Assembly: GCA_046290465.1 (NCBI GenBank)
Contig: JBKAGP010000001.1
Span: 2,240,001-2,304,000 of the forward strand
Direction: 5' to 3'
DNA from: Planctomycetota bacterium
GTDB taxonomy: Bacteria; Planctomycetota; UBA1135; UBA2386
Length of the DNA stretch: 64,000 bases
The translations under genes were made by a program, and so were the position numbers. This document shows positions 31,498 through 44,262 of this stretch, piece by piece; positions within the stretch are counted from its first letter, which is position 1, and every line of letters begins with the position of its first letter. The notes beneath the pieces are model-generated. The model was not told where the DNA came from. It searched no databases and saw nothing but the letters and a program-made list of their open reading frames with translations.

Positions 31498-33297
31498 ATG
31501 TCTGCCGCCTCGATCTACCTCGCCGTCGTGCTGCTGCTGGCGCTCGTGTCGTTCTACACGCAGCGCCTGCGGCCGGACGTGACCGCGCTGCTGGTGATGC
31601 TGTCGCTGCTGGTGCCGTGGCAGCCGACCGACGACGGCCTGCAGGCGATCCTGACCGCCAGCCAGGCGTTCCACGGCTTCGGCAGCCCGGCCTTGCTGAT
31701 GGTCACGTCGATGTTCGTGCTGTCGGCCGCGATGGTGCGCACCGGCGCCGCCCAGCTGCTCGGCGGCCGCCTGCTCGAGGCCGGCGCCCGCAGCGAACTG
31801 TCGTTCCAGCTGACGGTGCTGGTGCTGGTCACCGGCTTCAGCGCGATCGTCAACGACACCACCACGGTACTGGTCTGGATGCCTCCGGTGATGGCGATCT
31901 GCCAGAAGCGCGGCTACGCGCCGTCGCGCATCCTGATGCTGCTCGCGTTCGCATCGCTGCTCGGCGGCAAGTGGACGCTGATCGGCACGCGCAGCAACGT
32001 CATCCTCAGCGACTACCTGCTCGACCGCACCGGCGAAGGCCTGGCGTTCTTCGCGTTCGCGCCGGTCGGCGCAGCGGTGTTCGTCGCCTGCATCACCTGG
32101 TTCGTGCTGGTCGGCCGCCGCTTCCTGCCGCAGGCGCAGGCCAGCCCGTCGCTCGAGAGCCGCTACGAGGTCGCCGAGTTCCTCACCGAGACGATGGCCG
32201 AACCCGGCTCCGACATCGTCGGCCGCACGCTCGGCGAGCTCGACCTGCCCGGCCGCGACGTCACCGTGCTGCAGTTGATCCGCGGCAACGAGTTCTTGCC
32301 GCCCAACCCCTGGCTCAAGGTGCTGCCCAACGACGTGCTGGTCATCCAGGGCCGCATCACCGCGATCACCGACGCGCTGCACCGCGGCCTCAGCGTCAAG
32401 GAGGAGCTGAAGGTCGACGACAAGACGCTGCGCTCGGCCGACCTGCGCATGGTCGAGGCGATCCTGCCACCGGACAGCGACCTGATCGGGCAGAGCCTGC
32501 GCGACCTCGACTTCCACCACCGCTACGGCGTCAGCCCGCTGGCGATCAGCCGGCGCGGCCGTTCGCTGCGCGACCGCCCGCTGGCGGTATCGCTGAAGAG
32601 CGGCGACTCGCTGCTGCTGGTCGGCCACGAGGCCGAACTGCAGCGCTTGCGCAACAACCCCAACCTGCTGCTGCTCGAGTCGCAGCTGCTGCCGACCGCC
32701 GGCCGCCGCAAGGCCTTCGTCGTCCTGACGATCATGGCGGCGATGGTCCTGACCAGCGCCACCGGCCTGCTCGAGCCCGCGGTCGCGATCCCGTTCGCGG
32801 CGATGGCCGCGGTGCTGACCGGCACGGTCGGCATGCGCCGCGCCTACGAGACGATCGACCTGCAGGCGCTGGTGATCGTCGGCGCGATGATCCCGTTCGG
32901 CGAGGCGCTGCAGGTGACCGGCACGGCGCAGTGGGCGGCCGAGAGCATGGCGACGTCGTTCGACGGGCTGTCGCCACAGATCCTGCTCGCAGCGCTGCTG
33001 CTGCTGGCGGTGCTGATGACGCAGCTGATCGAGAACGCCGCAGTCGCGGTCGTGCTGGCACCGATCGCCTACGCGCTGGCGGTCGCGGCCGACTGCAACC
33101 CGGCGCCGTTCTTGCTGGGCGTCGCGATCTGCGTGTCGTCGGCGTTCGTGACGCCGGTCGCACACGAATCGACGATCCTGGTGATGGGCCCGGGCCGCTA
33201 CCGCTTCCGCGACTACGTCATCCTCGGCGGCCCGTTTGCGGTGCTGACCTGGCTGGTCACGACGGTGACGCTGCCGTGGTTCTTGCCGCTGAAGTAG
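31498..33297 (+). CDS. SLC13/DASS family permease with two TrkA-C domains
   Basis: SAIVNDT, LGGKWTLIGTRSN, TrkA-C repeats (SDIVGRTL, SDLIGQSL), AFVTPVAH...GRYRFRDY. Confidence 0.92.
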   Translation: MSAASIYLAVVLLLALVSFYTQRLRPDVTALLVMLSLLVPWQPTDDGLQAILTASQAFHGFGSPALLMVTSMFVLSAAMVRTGAAQLLGGRLLEAGARSELSFQLTVLVLVTGFSAIVNDTTTVLVWMPPVMAICQKRGYAPSRILMLLAFASLLGGKWTLIGTRSNVILSDYLLDRTGEGLAFFAFAPVGAAVFVACITWFVLVGRRFLPQAQASPSLESRYEVAEFLTETMAEPGSDIVGRTLGELDLPGRDVTVLQLIRGNEFLPPNPWLKVLPNDVLVIQGRITAITDALHRGLSVKEELKVDDKTLRSADLRMVEAILPPDSDLIGQSLRDLDFHHRYGVSPLAISRRGRSLRDRPLAVSLKSGDSLLLVGHEAELQRLRNNPNLLLLESQLLPTAGRRKAFVVLTIMAAMVLTSATGLLEPAVAIPFAAMAAVLTGTVGMRRAYETIDLQALVIVGAMIPFGEALQVTGTAQWAAESMATSFDGLSPQILLAALLLLAVLMTQLIENAAVAVVLAPIAYALAVAADCNPAPFLLGVAICVSSAFVTPVAHESTILVMGPGRYRFRDYVILGGPFAVLTWLVTTVTLPWFLPLK

Positions 33298-33342
33298 CGG
33301 CCAACGCACTTGCGCCGAGCCCGCGCGCCGACGACGGCAGCG

Positions 33343-34614
33343 CTACGGCAGGTACGGCGACCTCGTCCTCTCCCACCCGAGCACCAGCGGCGTCGGCCGG
33401 CTGACCTCGAGCGCCCCGCTCGGCCCCACCAGCAGCGACTGCAGGCCGTAGACGAACGACGAGTCCAAACCCGCCGGAACCGACAGCGCGCCGATGTGCC
33501 AGCCTTCCGCGTCCAGCGGTTCGCACGCCACCACCGACAATGCCTGCGGGTGCAGCCAGACATCGCCGAGCGGTGTCGGGTGCGGGGCCAGCTCGTACGC
33601 GCCGAGTACCATCAGACCGAAGCCGTTGGGCGGGCCCGTAATGCCGCAGTCGAACGTCTCACCGGGCGAGGCAGCTGGATACATCGTCGTGTGCAGGTCG
33701 CGCGGGACTGGAGGCGTGTTGTTCAACCCTCCAGGCACCAGGTTGATATCGCTACGCGGATCCTGATACACGAACTCGGACCCGCTCCCTGACATCACGT
33801 AGCCGGGCATGAACTGATCGCCACCGATCACGAAGGAATCGGGCCCCATTTCCAGGATCCCGTGGTCGAGGTAGACCGCCGGCTGTGCATTCAATCCCAA
33901 CGACGGCACCCAGGACGCTCCACGCACCGTCGTGATGTCCAGCGACACCCGCCCGTGATCGATCTCGATACCAGGCGACGAGTTGAAGAACGCCTGCGGA
34001 AACGGCCACGGGGGGCCTGCCTCGTGGTACACGATACAGTTGCTGAATCGCACGCTCGAACGCACGACCTCGACTGGGCGTCGGCCCATGCTGAAACTGC
34101 AGTCGTGCACGACGACATCGTCGCAATCCGTGAATCGCACCAGCGAGTCACCGAAGCCCTCGCCATGCACGTCGATGCGATCCAGCACGACCTGCCCGGC
34201 GCAATTCGTGATCTCGAGGCCACGATCGCCAGGAGTCGCGGAGTCGTCACCGCGCAGGAACATCCCGCGCAAGACGACCCGTTCACCCGCGGGAATGTCC
34301 TTCACCTTGATCACGCCGCGAACGAAGAAGCTGTCCAGCCAGACAGTCGGCGATCCCCTCCGCGCGCCGACGACCGTCAACGGCTTGTCGATGACGACCG
34401 GCGAGAACCGAAACACGGGTCCACAGGGTGCGATCGCCTGGTCATCGATGAAGAACCGGATCGTGTCACCGGGCGCCGCCGCCGCGACCGCCTGCGGGAG
34501 GTCGTGAAAGTGGACCGGCGGCCCACCAACACCGCAACGCACCAGCCACGTCTGCTGCGCCACCAGTGGCGCAACGACCGAACCGACCAACAACAGCATC
34601 AGAGCACGCTTCAT
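33343..34614 (-). CDS. Secreted beta-helix-like protein, paralog A (423 aa)
   Basis: Signal peptide; DLPQAVAAAAPGDTI (pectin-lyase-like start); GGAGG RBS. Confidence 0.8.
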   Translation of the reverse strand: MKRALMLLLVGSVVAPLVAQQTWLVRCGVGGPPVHFHDLPQAVAAAAPGDTIRFFIDDQAIAPCGPVFRFSPVVIDKPLTVVGARRGSPTVWLDSFFVRGVIKVKDIPAGERVVLRGMFLRGDDSATPGDRGLEITNCAGQVVLDRIDVHGEGFGDSLVRFTDCDDVVVHDCSFSMGRRPVEVVRSSVRFSNCIVYHEAGPPWPFPQAFFNSSPGIEIDHGRVSLDITTVRGASWVPSLGLNAQPAVYLDHGILEMGPDSFVIGGDQFMPGYVMSGSGSEFVYQDPRSDINLVPGGLNNTPPVPRDLHTTMYPAASPGETFDCGITGPPNGFGLMVLGAYELAPHPTPLGDVWLHPQALSVVACEPLDAEGWHIGALSVPAGLDSSFVYGLQSLLVGPSGALEVSRPTPLVLGWERTRSPYLP

Positions 34615-35932
34615 GGTCTACGGCCTCCGCACCAGGGCAACTTCAGGTCGTCACGACTCACGGCAGGTACGGCGACCTCGTCCTCTCCCACCCAAGCACC
34701 AGCGGCGTCGGCCGGCTGACCTCCAGCGCCCCGCTCGGCCCCACCAGCAGCGACTGCAGGCCGTAGACGAACGACGAGTCCACACCCGCCGGAACCGACA
34801 GCGCGCCGATGTGCCAGCCTTCCGCGTCCAGCGGTTCGCACGCCACCACCGACAGTGCCTGCGGGTGCAGCCAGACATCGCCGAGCGGTGTCGGGTGCGG
34901 GGCCAGCTCGTACGCGCCGAGCACCATCAGACCGAAGCCGTTGGGCGGGCCCGTAATGCCGTAGTCGAACGTCTCACCGGGCGAGGCAGCTGGATACATC
35001 GTCGTGTGCAGGTCGCGCGGGATCGGGTGGGGATGTGGATTCTGTGGCAGGTTCTGGATGTAGCCACGCGGGTCGACATACACCTCACTGAGCCCCATCG
35101 CTTCCGTGTCATAGCTGTCGGCCGGCCAGGGCTGCCCGGCATAGAGCCGAGCATCCGGTCCGACTTCCAGCACGCCAGCGTTCAGGTAGACGGCAGGCGT
35201 GCGAATCAAGCCCAACGACTGCACCCAGGACGCTCCACGCACCGTCGTGATGTCCAGCGACACCCGCCCGTGATCGATCTCGATACCAGGCGACGAGTTG
35301 AAGAACGCCTGCGGAAACGGCCACGGGGGGCCTGCCTCGTGGTACACGATACAGTTGCTGAATCGCACGCTCGAACGCACGACCTCGACTGGGCGTCGGC
35401 CCATGCTGAAACTGCAGTCGTGCACGACGACATCGTCGCAATCCGTGAATCGCACCAGCGAGTCACCGAAGCCCTCGCCATGCACGTCGATGCGATCCAG
35501 CACGACCTGCCCGGCGCAATTCGTGATCTCGAGGCCACGATCGCCAGGAGTCGCGGAGTCGTCACCGCGCAGGAACATCCCGCGCAAGACGACCCGTTCA
35601 CCCGCGGGAATGTCCTTCACCTTGATCACGCCGCGAACGAAGAAGCTGTCCAGCCAGACAGTCGGCGATCCCCTCCGCGCGCCGACGACCGTCAACGGCT
35701 TGTCGATGACGACCGGCGAGAACCGAAACACGGGTCCACAGGGTGCGATCGCCTGGTCATCGATGAAGAACCGGATCGTGTCACCGGGCGCCGCCGCCGC
35801 GACCGCCTGCGGGAGGTCGTGAAAGTGGACCGGCGGCCCACCAACACCGCAACGCACCAGCCACGTCTGCTGCGCCACCAGTGGCGCAACGACCGAACCG
35901 ACCAACAACAGCATCAGAGCACGCTTCATGGT
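33346..35932. repeat. Tandem gene duplication with a 1315-bp period
   Basis: 33906-34617 matches 35221-35932 with no differences seen by eye; 33346-33707 vs 34661-35022 shows about 6 substitutions. Confidence 0.95.
34658..35929 (-). CDS. Secreted beta-helix-like protein, paralog B (423 aa)
   Basis: Same N- and C-terminal sequence as paralog A; ATG overlaps the stop of the upstream large gene. Confidence 0.8.
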   Translation of the reverse strand: MKRALMLLLVGSVVAPLVAQQTWLVRCGVGGPPVHFHDLPQAVAAAAPGDTIRFFIDDQAIAPCGPVFRFSPVVIDKPLTVVGARRGSPTVWLDSFFVRGVIKVKDIPAGERVVLRGMFLRGDDSATPGDRGLEITNCAGQVVLDRIDVHGEGFGDSLVRFTDCDDVVVHDCSFSMGRRPVEVVRSSVRFSNCIVYHEAGPPWPFPQAFFNSSPGIEIDHGRVSLDITTVRGASWVQSLGLIRTPAVYLNAGVLEVGPDARLYAGQPWPADSYDTEAMGLSEVYVDPRGYIQNLPQNPHPHPIPRDLHTTMYPAASPGETFDYGITGPPNGFGLMVLGAYELAPHPTPLGDVWLHPQALSVVACEPLDAEGWHIGALSVPAGVDSSFVYGLQSLLVGPSGALEVSRPTPLVLGWERTRSPYLP

Positions 35933-38900
35933 TTGAACCTCCAGATTCCGAATGATCCGCACACGTAGAGTTCATCCATTCCGTCGCCATCCACATCGGC
36001 GACATGAATCGCATTGAAGCAGCCAGCAGCACCGGGCACGGTTGCTCGCCAAAGCACGCTGCCCAGCGCCGTGTCCAGAGCCAGGATCTCTCCCGAGATC
36101 GTACCGACGATGACCTCGCTCGGCGACGTGCTGCTGCCCAGCACGTTTGCAAGCTGCAAACCTACGACACCATAGCCCCCGCGCGTCGCTCCGACGGTGT
36201 TGGGCGCCAGAACGAAGGAGTTGGCGGAAGAGAAGCCGGATGCCGCCGTCCAGGTCATGCGATGCACTGCCCCGGTGACTTTGGCCGGCTCGTCGAGCAA
36301 AGCGGTCGCGGAGGTATTCAGTGCGCGTGCCGCTGGGGCGGCGCCCGTGCCAAACCAGATGGTCACGACGTCATTGGCGTCCACGTCCACGGCGAGCGCT
36401 CCACCCGCAAATCCCAGATCCTGCGACGACGTCGTAGCCCCAAGCTGATGAGGCGTCGAATCGTCGCGACGAAGCGCATGCTGGCGAAGGCAACGTACCC
36501 GCCCTCCCGGACACCCGAGGAACACTGCTACGCTTCCATCCGACAACACCACGGATCGAACGGACTGCTCATTCATGATCGCCAGTTGCGTCGTGAAGCT
36601 GCGCAGATCCAGGTGCGGACACGAAGCCAGACCACCCGGCCAGATCCCGACCGACGACCACATGCCCTCGACACGGTCCGACGCCCGATTGAATTCCAGG
36701 CACTTCAGCGTGTTACCCCAGTCACTACCATTCCCAGCCGCGGTCCCCCGTCCCGACCAGGCCCAGAACTGAAATCTGTCGCCAGTCAACCACACCTGGT
36801 CGGCTGGGCGCCGGTGCAACACGAATCCATGATACAAAGTTGACCAGACCCTGTCTGCTTCCCAATTGTCGCCCAAGTAGGTGCCACTGGCCTCGTAGAA
36901 GATGGCGGCACTGTCTTTTGGCGACCAGGTGTCCATTCGCACCCTGTTCAACACTCCGAAATCCGAGGCTCCCCAATGCGAAATCAAGGGATCGGACAAG
37001 AACGGCACCGGCGTCGCGCCATTCCGATTGTCGGCATCCTGCCAGCCGACCGCATCCTTCGCAAATGCACCGCCATCCTGATACTCCAACCCCGTGTCGG
37101 ACAGCGTCCAGTAGGCGCCACGCCGATCCAGGCAGTGGAGGTCCGTGCCGACCGCGCGTTCCGAAACGGCCCACGTCGCCGACAGCTGCTGGTTGGTCCG
37201 CGGCTGCATGCCGGATCCTACCACGAGGTCGAACTCGGGTGACGGCAGCGGGTGCGAGGCACCCTTGACTTCTTCGACGTGCAGCCAGACGAGCGAACCC
37301 GAGTGCGTGCCGATGACGACTTCGTCGGCGTAGTCGTAGGCGACGCCCGGGTCGTAGAGTTCTCCAACTGCCAGCCCCATCGCGTGGTCACCAAAGGTGT
37401 AGAACTCCTCACCGACACCTCCGGGGCTTTGGCGCAGGTTGAGGGTCACCGCTCCCTGCTGCGCGCCGGTCTGGTCGAAGAGCCGCAGCTCGGTGCCGCT
37501 CAACAACAGCAGGTGGTCGCCATCCATGTCCTGCGCCGTGCCAAGGTAGCCGACTGGCTGGTTGGTCGTCGCGATGTCGGAGATCCTGCCCTGCATGCCG
37601 ATCATCGGCGCCAACGTCAGGCCGGGGCCGGCGTAGACACGCACGGCTCCGCCGTCGCCGTCCCCATTCCAGGCAGCGACATACTCGGACGTGCTGCTCA
37701 GTCCCGTCGCAAACGACAGGTCGAGCTGCATGCGCTCCAGATCGACCGGATCCCCTTGCGTGAAGGACGACTCGTAATCGCCCGGTAGCGGCATCGGCTT
37801 CGATGACGCCAGCAACTGCGCCTTGGGGCCACCGGCACTATCGACAAACTCGACCCGCGCGACGACCCCCCGCTGGGACAAGATCGCGGCTTCCATGTGT
37901 CCGATGTGGAAGTCGAGGATGCCGGCTTCGGGCCACTCCCAGATCGGGTTGAGCGACGCATCGCAGCAGACCAGTCCCCCGAGCTGCGAGCAGTAGACGA
38001 TCTCGTCTCCGGCATGGAACGTGTCGGGCAACACGTTGCCGACCTTGAGGTGACGAGGCCGGCTGATCTCGTAGGGCAGCGGCACACTCGCCATCACCGT
38101 GAGGTCGCTGGGATCCAACTTGTGCAGGTGCCGCCGCGTCGCCACGACGAGGCTCCAGCCCGACGACTCCTCGATCGCCGTCAGCGCAAAGGCTTCGTGG
38201 CCGAGGGCCATCGGCGTGCCGAACGGCAGCGTCGCCGAGGCGTCGCCGGGATTGCTGTGCGCCTGCTTGACCAGCGCCTTGCTGGTCGGGTCTACCACGA
38301 AGCGGGTCACGACCCCTTCGGCACTGCCGGCAAACAGCGCTCCGTCGCGGATCAGCATGGACTCCTTGTAGCCGAGCATCGTGCCCGCAGCTCCATGCTG
38401 GGTCGCGTGGAACCAGTCGTGGTCGCACTGCAGACCAGCCGCCGTCGACATCGGCACCCCGATCCGGCCGAGCGCCCATTCGTGCGGATCGTCCGGACCG
38501 CCTGCTTCCTGCGACGGCGTTCGGGCCTGGGAGGCGACCGGCGGAATCGCGGTGGTGCCGAGCGCGTCCTTCTGGGCGATCACCTGCGGGATCAGGTCCA
38601 GCAGCATCTCCTCCCAGAAGTACTCCGTCGACTGATCGTACGGGTTCACGTACTTCACGTCGCCGTGGCAGCCCCGCTCGGCGGCCGTCCACGCAAACGT
38701 ATTGGCACTCGAGCTGCCGAGCGCACTCAGACCGGGCTGCACTCCGGCCTGGCTCCAGGCTCCCCCGGTCACGGTCCGGATCCAGTCGGTGCCGGTACTG
38801 GTGATGTCCTCGTCGCCGATCGCAAACAGGCATGGGCGATGCAACTGCCCGCGCATATAGCGCTGGAGCGCCGACACATCATGGATCCAGTAGCCCTGAT

Positions 38901-40071
38901 GCCAGGCGTAGCGGCCCCAGTGCAGGATGTCGCGCTCGCTGGCCTCGGTGCCGCCCTCGCCGCGCCCGCTGAGCCGGGCAACAGCGCTCTTCATATCGAG
39001 TTCGCCGATCATCCGCTGCACGCTCGGATGGATCGCCGCCGACAGGTTGCCGTGCACGATCTCGGGGTGGCGCATCGAGGCCCACATCGCGCCGAGTCCG
39101 CCGTTGCTGCTGCCGGCGAACACCACGTAGAGATCGGATTCGACCGTGGCCGGGTCCATCGCAGCCGGCATCGGATTGCGAAGGCCCGACGGATCCTCCA
39201 TCAGGATGGCCTTGACGGCCTGCACGAGCTGCAGGTCGCGCTGCTGGTTGAGCTCGGCCTCGCGGTGCATGACCGAGGGCACGATGTATGCAAACAGCGG
39301 GTAGTAGCCTTGGGACGGCTGGGCGCGGGCGATGACGATCGGGCGGGGGCGCTTGACGTCGTCAATATCATTGTTGTTGAAGAACTCGGTGGGGCTTCTT
39401 GGCTGCGTCGACTCGTTCCGAATCAGGCCATCCGGACTGAAGAAGCCCGGATACACATGCCGCCAGCTGAAGACATCGCCGTCCTTGTTCTGCGGAAAGA
39501 GGATCGTCTCCCAGGACCCGATGACGAGCACCACCTTCTGCCCTGCCGTCGGCAGGTAGTTGGGCCGGAAGATCTCGAACGCGGCCTGATCCACGTAGGT
39601 CCGGTCGCCAAACGGGCCCACGACGGCTGCGCTGCCGAGGTCCCCGTAGAGCGGATGCTGGTCGGGGCGGGTCGCGATCGCCGATGGGCGAAGGTAGCCG
39701 TAGAGACGCTTCATCAGGTGGCCCGTGCCGCCGCCGAGCGGATGGGTCCCGAGCTTCCAGTGGAAGTCCTCCCAGAAGAACGGGGTGTGCACATCGCCGC
39801 TGGTGACGCCGGTGCCGTCGTCGTGCCCGAACCAGCCACCGCTGTCGATCGCGGCCCCGATCAGACCTTCCCCGTGGTTCCACTCACCATCCGGGTATTG
39901 GAACAGCGGCGACGTGCCGTTGCGGATCGCACCGGGCGCTGGCGGGGCGACCGCGGGATGCACGTAGCGGGTGCCGACCGGCACCACGGGAACGACCGGC
40001 GACTGCTGCGCACGCAGATCGATCGCCAGAACCAACGAGAGCTGAGAGAGCAAGAGCGTGACGGCTCGCAT
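35926..40071 (-). CDS. 1381-aa secreted protein with an alpha/beta-hydrolase-like domain and a beta-propeller/FG-GAP-like region
   Basis: GGAGG RBS; signal peptide; FAGSSNGG nucleophile elbow, GDED, GCHG; terminal ADVDGDGMDELYV. Confidence 0.75.
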   Translation of the reverse strand: MRAVTLLLSQLSLVLAIDLRAQQSPVVPVVPVGTRYVHPAVAPPAPGAIRNGTSPLFQYPDGEWNHGEGLIGAAIDSGGWFGHDDGTGVTSGDVHTPFFWEDFHWKLGTHPLGGGTGHLMKRLYGYLRPSAIATRPDQHPLYGDLGSAAVVGPFGDRTYVDQAAFEIFRPNYLPTAGQKVVLVIGSWETILFPQNKDGDVFSWRHVYPGFFSPDGLIRNESTQPRSPTEFFNNNDIDDVKRPRPIVIARAQPSQGYYPLFAYIVPSVMHREAELNQQRDLQLVQAVKAILMEDPSGLRNPMPAAMDPATVESDLYVVFAGSSNGGLGAMWASMRHPEIVHGNLSAAIHPSVQRMIGELDMKSAVARLSGRGEGGTEASERDILHWGRYAWHQGYWIHDVSALQRYMRGQLHRPCLFAIGDEDITSTGTDWIRTVTGGAWSQAGVQPGLSALGSSSANTFAWTAAERGCHGDVKYVNPYDQSTEYFWEEMLLDLIPQVIAQKDALGTTAIPPVASQARTPSQEAGGPDDPHEWALGRIGVPMSTAAGLQCDHDWFHATQHGAAGTMLGYKESMLIRDGALFAGSAEGVVTRFVVDPTSKALVKQAHSNPGDASATLPFGTPMALGHEAFALTAIEESSGWSLVVATRRHLHKLDPSDLTVMASVPLPYEISRPRHLKVGNVLPDTFHAGDEIVYCSQLGGLVCCDASLNPIWEWPEAGILDFHIGHMEAAILSQRGVVARVEFVDSAGGPKAQLLASSKPMPLPGDYESSFTQGDPVDLERMQLDLSFATGLSSTSEYVAAWNGDGDGGAVRVYAGPGLTLAPMIGMQGRISDIATTNQPVGYLGTAQDMDGDHLLLLSGTELRLFDQTGAQQGAVTLNLRQSPGGVGEEFYTFGDHAMGLAVGELYDPGVAYDYADEVVIGTHSGSLVWLHVEEVKGASHPLPSPEFDLVVGSGMQPRTNQQLSATWAVSERAVGTDLHCLDRRGAYWTLSDTGLEYQDGGAFAKDAVGWQDADNRNGATPVPFLSDPLISHWGASDFGVLNRVRMDTWSPKDSAAIFYEASGTYLGDNWEADRVWSTLYHGFVLHRRPADQVWLTGDRFQFWAWSGRGTAAGNGSDWGNTLKCLEFNRASDRVEGMWSSVGIWPGGLASCPHLDLRSFTTQLAIMNEQSVRSVVLSDGSVAVFLGCPGGRVRCLRQHALRRDDSTPHQLGATTSSQDLGFAGGALAVDVDANDVVTIWFGTGAAPAARALNTSATALLDEPAKVTGAVHRMTWTAASGFSSANSFVLAPNTVGATRGGYGVVGLQLANVLGSSTSPSEVIVGTISGEILALDTALGSVLWRATVPGAAGCFNAIHVADVDGDGMDELYVCGSFGIWRFKP

Positions 40072-40198
40072 GGACCTTCCTCCACGGCCGAGGTTAGTCG
40101 GCACGATCCATCGCGACAACTCCGTGGCGGCGGTCGCACGTATGACCCCCCGCCCTTCGGATTGCGGCCCCCGCCACCCCCCGGCATGCTGCTCCCCC

Positions 40199-40972
40199 AT
40201 GAACGTCAGGCTCCCCGCGCTTCTGGCCGCCGCCATTGCCCTGCTCACCGCGACCGGCGCCGCCCAGCGCGTCGTGCTGCCCGGTGCGACCGGCGGCATC
40301 ACCCCGGCTCCCGGCTGGACGGTGTTGCGCAAGGCCGAACTCGATGCGGCGACACGGCCCACCGACCCGGCGAGCGAGCCGGGTCGCACGCTGCTGATGG
40401 CGGCGATCGCGGAACTGCGTCAGAACAACCTGACCGACGAACAGATCCTGCTGCACCAGCAGGGCAGCGCCGCAGGGCAGTTGCGGCTGGTCCAGGCCTA
40501 CTCGGCCGAGGGCGGCGCGACCACCGACGAGCTGCTGACCGAGTCCGCGATCCAGAACGTGCGCGACGTGCTCGAGCCGGCGCTGGCGACCGGCGGCACC
40601 GTGGCGTTCGTCGGCAGCGAGCGGCTCGAGCTGCTGCAGCCGGCCGGCGTGCGGCTCGCGTTCACGCTCGACGGGGGTGCGTTGCAGCTGCAGCACGACC
40701 ACGTGCTGATCCCGGCGGGAGAACGGCTGCAGTACTTCGACTGCACGTTCGACCGGGCCGACGTCGGGGCGCGCGAGGCGCTGGAGGCGCTGATCGGCAC
40801 GTTCGACGGGGCGCGCGAGGTCGAGTCGCGGAGCCGTGGCCTGTGGATCGGCGGGATTGCCGGCGCGCTGGCCGGGATCGTCGCCGCGCTCGCGCGCAGC
40901 AAGCGCAAGGCCCGGGCGATCGTCGGCGGCGGCGGCACAACTGGCAGTGGCGGCGGCGGCGCCGCAGGCTAA
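40199..40972 (+). CDS. Exported protein with a C-terminal membrane anchor
   Basis: Signal peptide; C-terminal TM LWIGGIAGALAGIVAAL followed by basic RSKRK. Confidence 0.75.
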   Translation: MNVRLPALLAAAIALLTATGAAQRVVLPGATGGITPAPGWTVLRKAELDAATRPTDPASEPGRTLLMAAIAELRQNNLTDEQILLHQQGSAAGQLRLVQAYSAEGGATTDELLTESAIQNVRDVLEPALATGGTVAFVGSERLELLQPAGVRLAFTLDGGALQLQHDHVLIPAGERLQYFDCTFDRADVGAREALEALIGTFDGAREVESRSRGLWIGGIAGALAGIVAALARSKRKARAIVGGGGTTGSGGGGAAG

Positions 40973-41017
40973 CGTCGTCGCACCGCCGGGGTCAGCCGGC
41001 GCCATGCAAGGAACCAA

Positions 41018-43456
<2,439 letters not shown>

Positions 43457-43491
43457 GCGGGGCCGGCCGGCGTCGTCGCTACAACGGACGC

Positions 43492-44262
43492 ATGGCCGAC
43501 ACCCCCATCCACGTCCGCGTCGCAACCGACGGCGCGGTCGCCACGATCACGCTCGACCGCCCCGAGGCGCGCAACGCCTACAGCGACGAGATGTGCGTGC
43601 AGATCTGCGAAGCGCTGGACGTCGCCGAACGCGACGACGCGGTGCGCGCGGTGATCCTGACCGGCAACGGCAAGGCGTTCCACGCCGGCGGCGACGTCAA
43701 GGCGATGAAGGCGCGTTCGGGCATGTTCGCCGGGGATCCGGCCGAGCTGCGGCAGCGCTACCTCGACGGCATCCAGGCGGTGCCGCGCCGCATCGCGCAG
43801 TTCCGCAAGCCGCTGCTGTGCGCGATCAACGGCGCGGCGATCGGCGCCGGCCTCGACCTGACCTGCATGTGCGACCTGCGGGTGGCGGCGCGTTCGGCCC
43901 GGCTCGGCTCGACGTTCGTGCAGGTCGGGCTGGTTCCCGGCGACGGCGGCGCGTTCTTCCTGGCGCGCACGGTCGGGTTCCCGCGCGCGCTCGAGCTGAT
44001 GATGCGCGGCCGCGTGCTCGGTGCCGACGAGGCGCTGGCGATCGGGCTGGTGCACGAGGTCGTCGACGACGACGCACTGCTGACGCGCACCCGGGAGCTT
44101 GCCGAGGAGCTGGCGGCGCTGCCGCCGCACGCGGTGCAGCTGACCAAGCGCGCCGCCTACGAGAGCTTCCATGGCGACATGCACCGGGCGCTCGAACTGG
44201 CCGGCACCTACCAGGGCATCGCGCAGAACCACCCGGACCATTTGCGGCGCCTGCAGTCGTGA
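43492..44262 (+). CDS. Enoyl-CoA hydratase/isomerase family protein
   Basis: [40 protein letters not shown]. Confidence 0.92.
   Translation: MADTPIHVRVATDGAVATITLDRPEARNAYSDEMCVQICEALDVAERDDAVRAVILTGNGKAFHAGGDVKAMKARSGMFAGDPAELRQRYLDGIQAVPRRIAQFRKPLLCAINGAAIGAGLDLTCMCDLRVAARSARLGSTFVQVGLVPGDGGAFFLARTVGFPRALELMMRGRVLGADEALAIGLVHEVVDDDALLTRTRELAEELAALPPHAVQLTKRAAYESFHGDMHRALELAGTYQGIAQNHPDHLRRLQS

Noticed and set aside
33343..35932. Diversity-generating retroelement (TR/VR pair)
   Set aside because: The differences are not adenine-specific, both copies are complete genes, and there is no reverse transcriptase in the window
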